A program made the translations under genes and the position numbers. A DNA stretch of 64,000 nucleotides from the NCBI GenBank assembly GCA_900291995.1, contig OLMU01003073.1, forward strand, positions 1-64,000. Reading direction: 5' to 3'. Positions 60,222 through 64,000 of the stretch are shown here, one piece after another (the first letter of the stretch is position 1; every line of letters starts with the position of its first letter). Under the pieces are notes generated by a model. It saw nothing but the letters and a program-made list of their open reading frames with translations. It did no database searches and was not told the DNA's origin. The stretch comes from Licmophora abbreviata. Taxonomy: Eukaryota.

Positions 60222-62239
60222 ATGAGTGATGTCTATGCCACGAGGCTCTGGATAGACTCGGGACGTGCTGAGAATGCTATTTGGGGACAGCTGTGGCATC
60301 ATCGCTCCCGGAGGCTAAACCGTGTCGGCAAGACTCACCAAGAAGTCCCATCGATTGTGCCTTCTGAGGAGTATTCGCCCTCAGGGGGGCCTCTACGGTC
60401 CTCTGGCAAGCGTGTTGAGGACTATGGGCCTCTTGGATGGCGTCGCAAGATTGTCGGTCGACAGGAGAGTAGGCGAGTTCAGGACGAAATTGGGTCGTTA
60501 CAATTGTCCAATTGCCACTTGATACTCTGGACTGGAGAGATTGGGCTGGGAACACCCGCTCAACCCTTCACGGTTGACTTTGATACTGGATCCTCTGACT
60601 TGTGGGTTCCCGGTTCCAACTGCGACTCTAGTTGCGATGACTTTCTGTGGCGACGCTACGATGCATCCAAGTCCAGCACTGCCACGGGACCATCCGAGAA
60701 TCCAGCAGGTAACGACTTTCTAGCAGAATATGCAGACGGAGAAACGGTAAGAGAACTGATGAGCCTACTGCTATTCAATGCACGGAAACGCCATGCTTGT
60801 CCACACATTTCTCACACTTTCCTCGTCTTCATTCTGATGCTACCTCATAGGTCGCTGGGGTTCACGTGCAAGACACATTGCATCTCGGGACCAACCTTAC
60901 AGTGGACGGTCAAGTGTTCGCCCAGATCACTTCCGTTTCGAACTTCGAGACTTGTGCCAATGAAGAAGGCGTCTTTGGACTTGGTTTTAGCATGATCTCC
61001 TCTCACAATTTTCCGACACCCATAAACAACTTGGGTCCCAAGCTACGACATCCCATCTTCAGTCTATACTTGACCCGCGCAGATGACTATCCTCAGCCGG
61101 AAGAAGATGAAAATGGAAGTCCTAAGAAATCAGGTCCTGCTATAAGCCACAACTCGGAGATTGTGTTTGGGGGCGTCAACCAGAAGCACTATTCGGGATG
61201 CATTACATGGCACAATCTTGGACAATTCCATGATAGTGCTAGCGGGAAGACGTTTGAGGGCTACTGGGATTTCAAGTGAGTTCAATTGTCGGTATACGCC
61301 CACCAAAGCAACTCGAACTGCTCCTGACATCTGCTTGCTTCTCGCTCTCGCAGACTCGACGGCGTTAATGTAGGAGGAACGCCGCTCCCAAGCTCCTCGC
61401 TCGCCCTTGTCGATTCAGGGTCGACGTACATTGTGGGTCCGACAGATGCCGTTGGCCGAATTGCTGCCATCAATAAGGCAACTTGCTTCAATCTTGTTCC
61501 CGGTGGCGAACCTGAAATCACTCCCTGTGAGAGCCGTTTGGGATTTGATGCTGCAGCCGCGGACTGCGAAGCTCCGTTTTTCTCACTGGAGTTCCAGGCA
61601 GATGGCGCCACATATCTATTGGAAAAGGAAGACCTGTTGCTACGCGTTCCGACTTCAGTAGGTGACGTGTGTATGCTTCGTCTTCAAGCTAGCAACGATA
61701 TTCCGGTATGTTGAATGTGTGTTGTTTGCTCAGATTACGTGTCCTAGAATCACACAGTGCTCTCTTTCTCACTTGGGAGCTCATATGCTGCATAGGGTTG
61801 GGTACTGGGAGATGTATTCTTTAATCGCTACTACGCTGCGTTTGACTTCTACAACAAACGGGTCGGTTTCGCCAAGTCGACGGAGAGTTCGTCTGACGTC
61901 TGCCAAGATGACCTCCCGATGGATCTATCGTACCAAGGAGGTGCCTCAAACGGAAGTTCTGGTGCTTCTGTAGCATCAGATACTGATGGGAAACCTAAGG
62001 ATGATACACCCCTTCAGCACGACGCATCGCCCGAAGCAGGTAGCGGCGCATCTGGAAGAAAGCCAACAGACAGCACGGCCGACAAAAGTGTGTTGGTTTA
62101 CCTTAGCGTCGCCGGTCTAGTTCTGTTGTTCGTATACGTTCTTGTACGACGAAGTCGCCGACGCAGTCGCTTCGAGATGGTCGAAATGAATGCATCGCGA
62201 GTGGACATGGAATGCATCGAAGAGTCACTTACAGTGTAG
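60222..62239 (+). CDS. Pepsin-family (A1) aspartic protease with C-terminal TM
   Basis: Introns 60747-60850, 61276-61353 and 61706-61795. [82 protein letters not shown]. The signal peptide probably lies upstream from ATG 60145, out of frame. Confidence 0.92.
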
Positions 62240-62360
62240 ATGACTTTAAGATCAAATTTAGGTTTGCCGAACTTTACGAAGAGAATTTTAAAAAGCAAGC
62301 CGAACGATAGCGATGTAGGACGGTGTTCCGTTTTGCTCAAGAGCAAATACATTGCAACTT

Positions 62361-64000
62361 TTATCCCCACGGGGACTTGCGCTTCTGCCCCTTCTTTTCT
62401 GCCTTTTTTGCGTTCTCTGCCGCGCCAGCATAGCGCTTCACGAACTCGGCAACCTTAAACTTGCGCTTGCATCCAGCGTAGTTCATATATCGAATCTTGC
62501 CAAAGACCGGCCGCTCCTTCCAGCCCATATCATGAATTCCCATAATACTCCATCCGACGCCGACAAATCCGTTCGGGTCATTCCCGTCCAATGCGTACCT
62601 GTCGTTCAGATATTGTGACGTTCGCAGCGCAACCAGTGGCGACTCGGTCCACTCCAAGATCTTCTTGGCCCAGTACATGCGAAGCTGCGATTGACGAGAT
62701 CAATAGTGTTTCGGTGAGTACTGGTGCAGCTTTCTCATTGCTCCACACCACCCTAATAGACTCATACTTACAAATCCATGCATTTTGCCTTCTCGCACGA
62801 GCTGCAGTTCGGCCGCATTCCACAAATCGTCGTGCGTTCTGCCCTGCTCCAGTTCCTCCAACGTGTACAGATACTCTCGCGCGTCCGATGTGTGCACCTC
62901 GAGCGTTTCCTGCGCCCACCCGGCAGCAGCTTCCAACGAATCGTACGTGTCGGGAGAATAGTACACGTAATTGTCGCTCAATTCACGTCGGCATAAGCCC
63001 TCTTCGATGAACGCGGCCGTTCCATTGGCATACTTGTTAAGCTTTTTGACGTTCATGACAAGTGTCTGAAACGAAATGTGACCATGGTTGATCCAGGGTG
63101 ACAGACTCGAGCACACGTTGCGTTCGTTAGGGTCATTGCGGAGCGAATCAAATCGTTTCAGGCCATTCTCGACGAACATCTGAAACTGAGCCTCTGCATG
63201 ACTCGTCCCTGGCTGTGCCCAGTCGACCTTATCGACACAATCATCCAGCTTTAGAAACTCTTCGTATTGTTCCTTTTCAAACGTCGTCGTACATTTTTCG
63301 CTGCAATGTTTCATCTCATTTCCAACAAATTTCGGATAGTCTTGTAGGAACTTGGCAACGACCCTGTGAATCTTGGGACGCAACGTACGCGCTCCCACCT
63401 CACGCTTGGGCGACGCATGCCAAACAGGGACGATGTTGTGCGCATCGACTTGATGCAGCGGCACGGACCGTGCCTCCAACAGGGGCACCGTTTGCTCCTC
63501 CAGCCACTGTCGGTAGGGACGCAGAGGAGTCATGTCGCAGACGACCATTAGGGACTGGTACTTGTCAACGAGGTCGCAGACGGATTTTCCAACCGTATCG
63601 CGAGACGAAGGAGTGAGAATGTCCAAGGGAACTGCTTTTTGTTGCAATTCGTCGTGGACGCATGCGAGGCCGCCGAGCAAGAAGGAGCCGTGTCGTTTGG
63701 TCATATGCAGATCTAAAGCTGCAGGTGCAAGGTTTGGAGTGGAAGTAACATCGCAATCCCCACTTGGTGGGGGAAGAAGTGTATACACCACACGCAAGGG
63801 CACTTTAAATTTCTTGGCGACTGCCGTTGCATACAACAGGGCCCAGTTGTCGACGGTCCTCACATCGCGTTGCATCCAGTAGAGCACTGACTTTCCGGAA
63901 GCCTTGGGTTGGAGCGCTGGGGATGTCAGGACGCGGGTGCGTTCTGGTAGCATCCAGTCAGGTAGACTGTTGGTGTCGACATGAGTGACGGTAGGAGCGT
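62361..64000 (-). CDS. PHR1: Class II CPD DNA photolyase (reading frame open to the window edge)
   Basis: [61 protein letters not shown] (intron 62685-62771), [16 protein letters not shown]. Confidence 0.95.

Noticed and set aside
1..64000. CRISPR arrays, transposons, viral inserts or prokaryotic operons
   Set aside because: No repeat-spacer arrays, LTR/TIR pairs or RT/transposase/integrase motifs were seen. The genes are intron-containing and eukaryotic.

Overview
Gene-dense eukaryotic nuclear DNA of roughly 50% GC, with short GT-AG introns (mostly 70-125 nt). It is most likely from a pennate diatom, based on bipartite ASA-FAP plastid presequences, nuclear PsbO and diatom-type PsbQ', and diatom-style sulfotransferase and LRR families. 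About 31 protein-coding genes can be modelled by hand. I found no rRNA, tRNA, CRISPR array or transposon. Genes tend to group by compartment. The secretory/glycan block (1-18.5 kb) has three sulfotransferases around a membrane-anchored 5'-nucleotidase-type phosphoesterase, an SMSM-motif LRR protein, an ER TPR protein ending in TDEL, and a ~1770-aa G8/CBM/beta-helix protein. The mitochondrial block (25-30 kb) has bL35m, ETF-alpha head-to-head with a thiolase, and bL32m. The photosystem II block (33-39 kb) has PsbQ', an Ac45-like gene, PsbO and an orphan small plastid-type membrane peptide. These are followed by a ~2240-aa six-module LRR surface protein with a probable GPI signal, Miro, an ankyrin TRP-like channel, a plastid TyrP-like permease, a cyclophilin-like protein, an enoyl-CoA hydratase, a membrane aspartic protease and a class II photolyase. 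Four genes show apparent frameshifts, most simply assembly indels. All family calls are motif recognition by eye; no database search was run.
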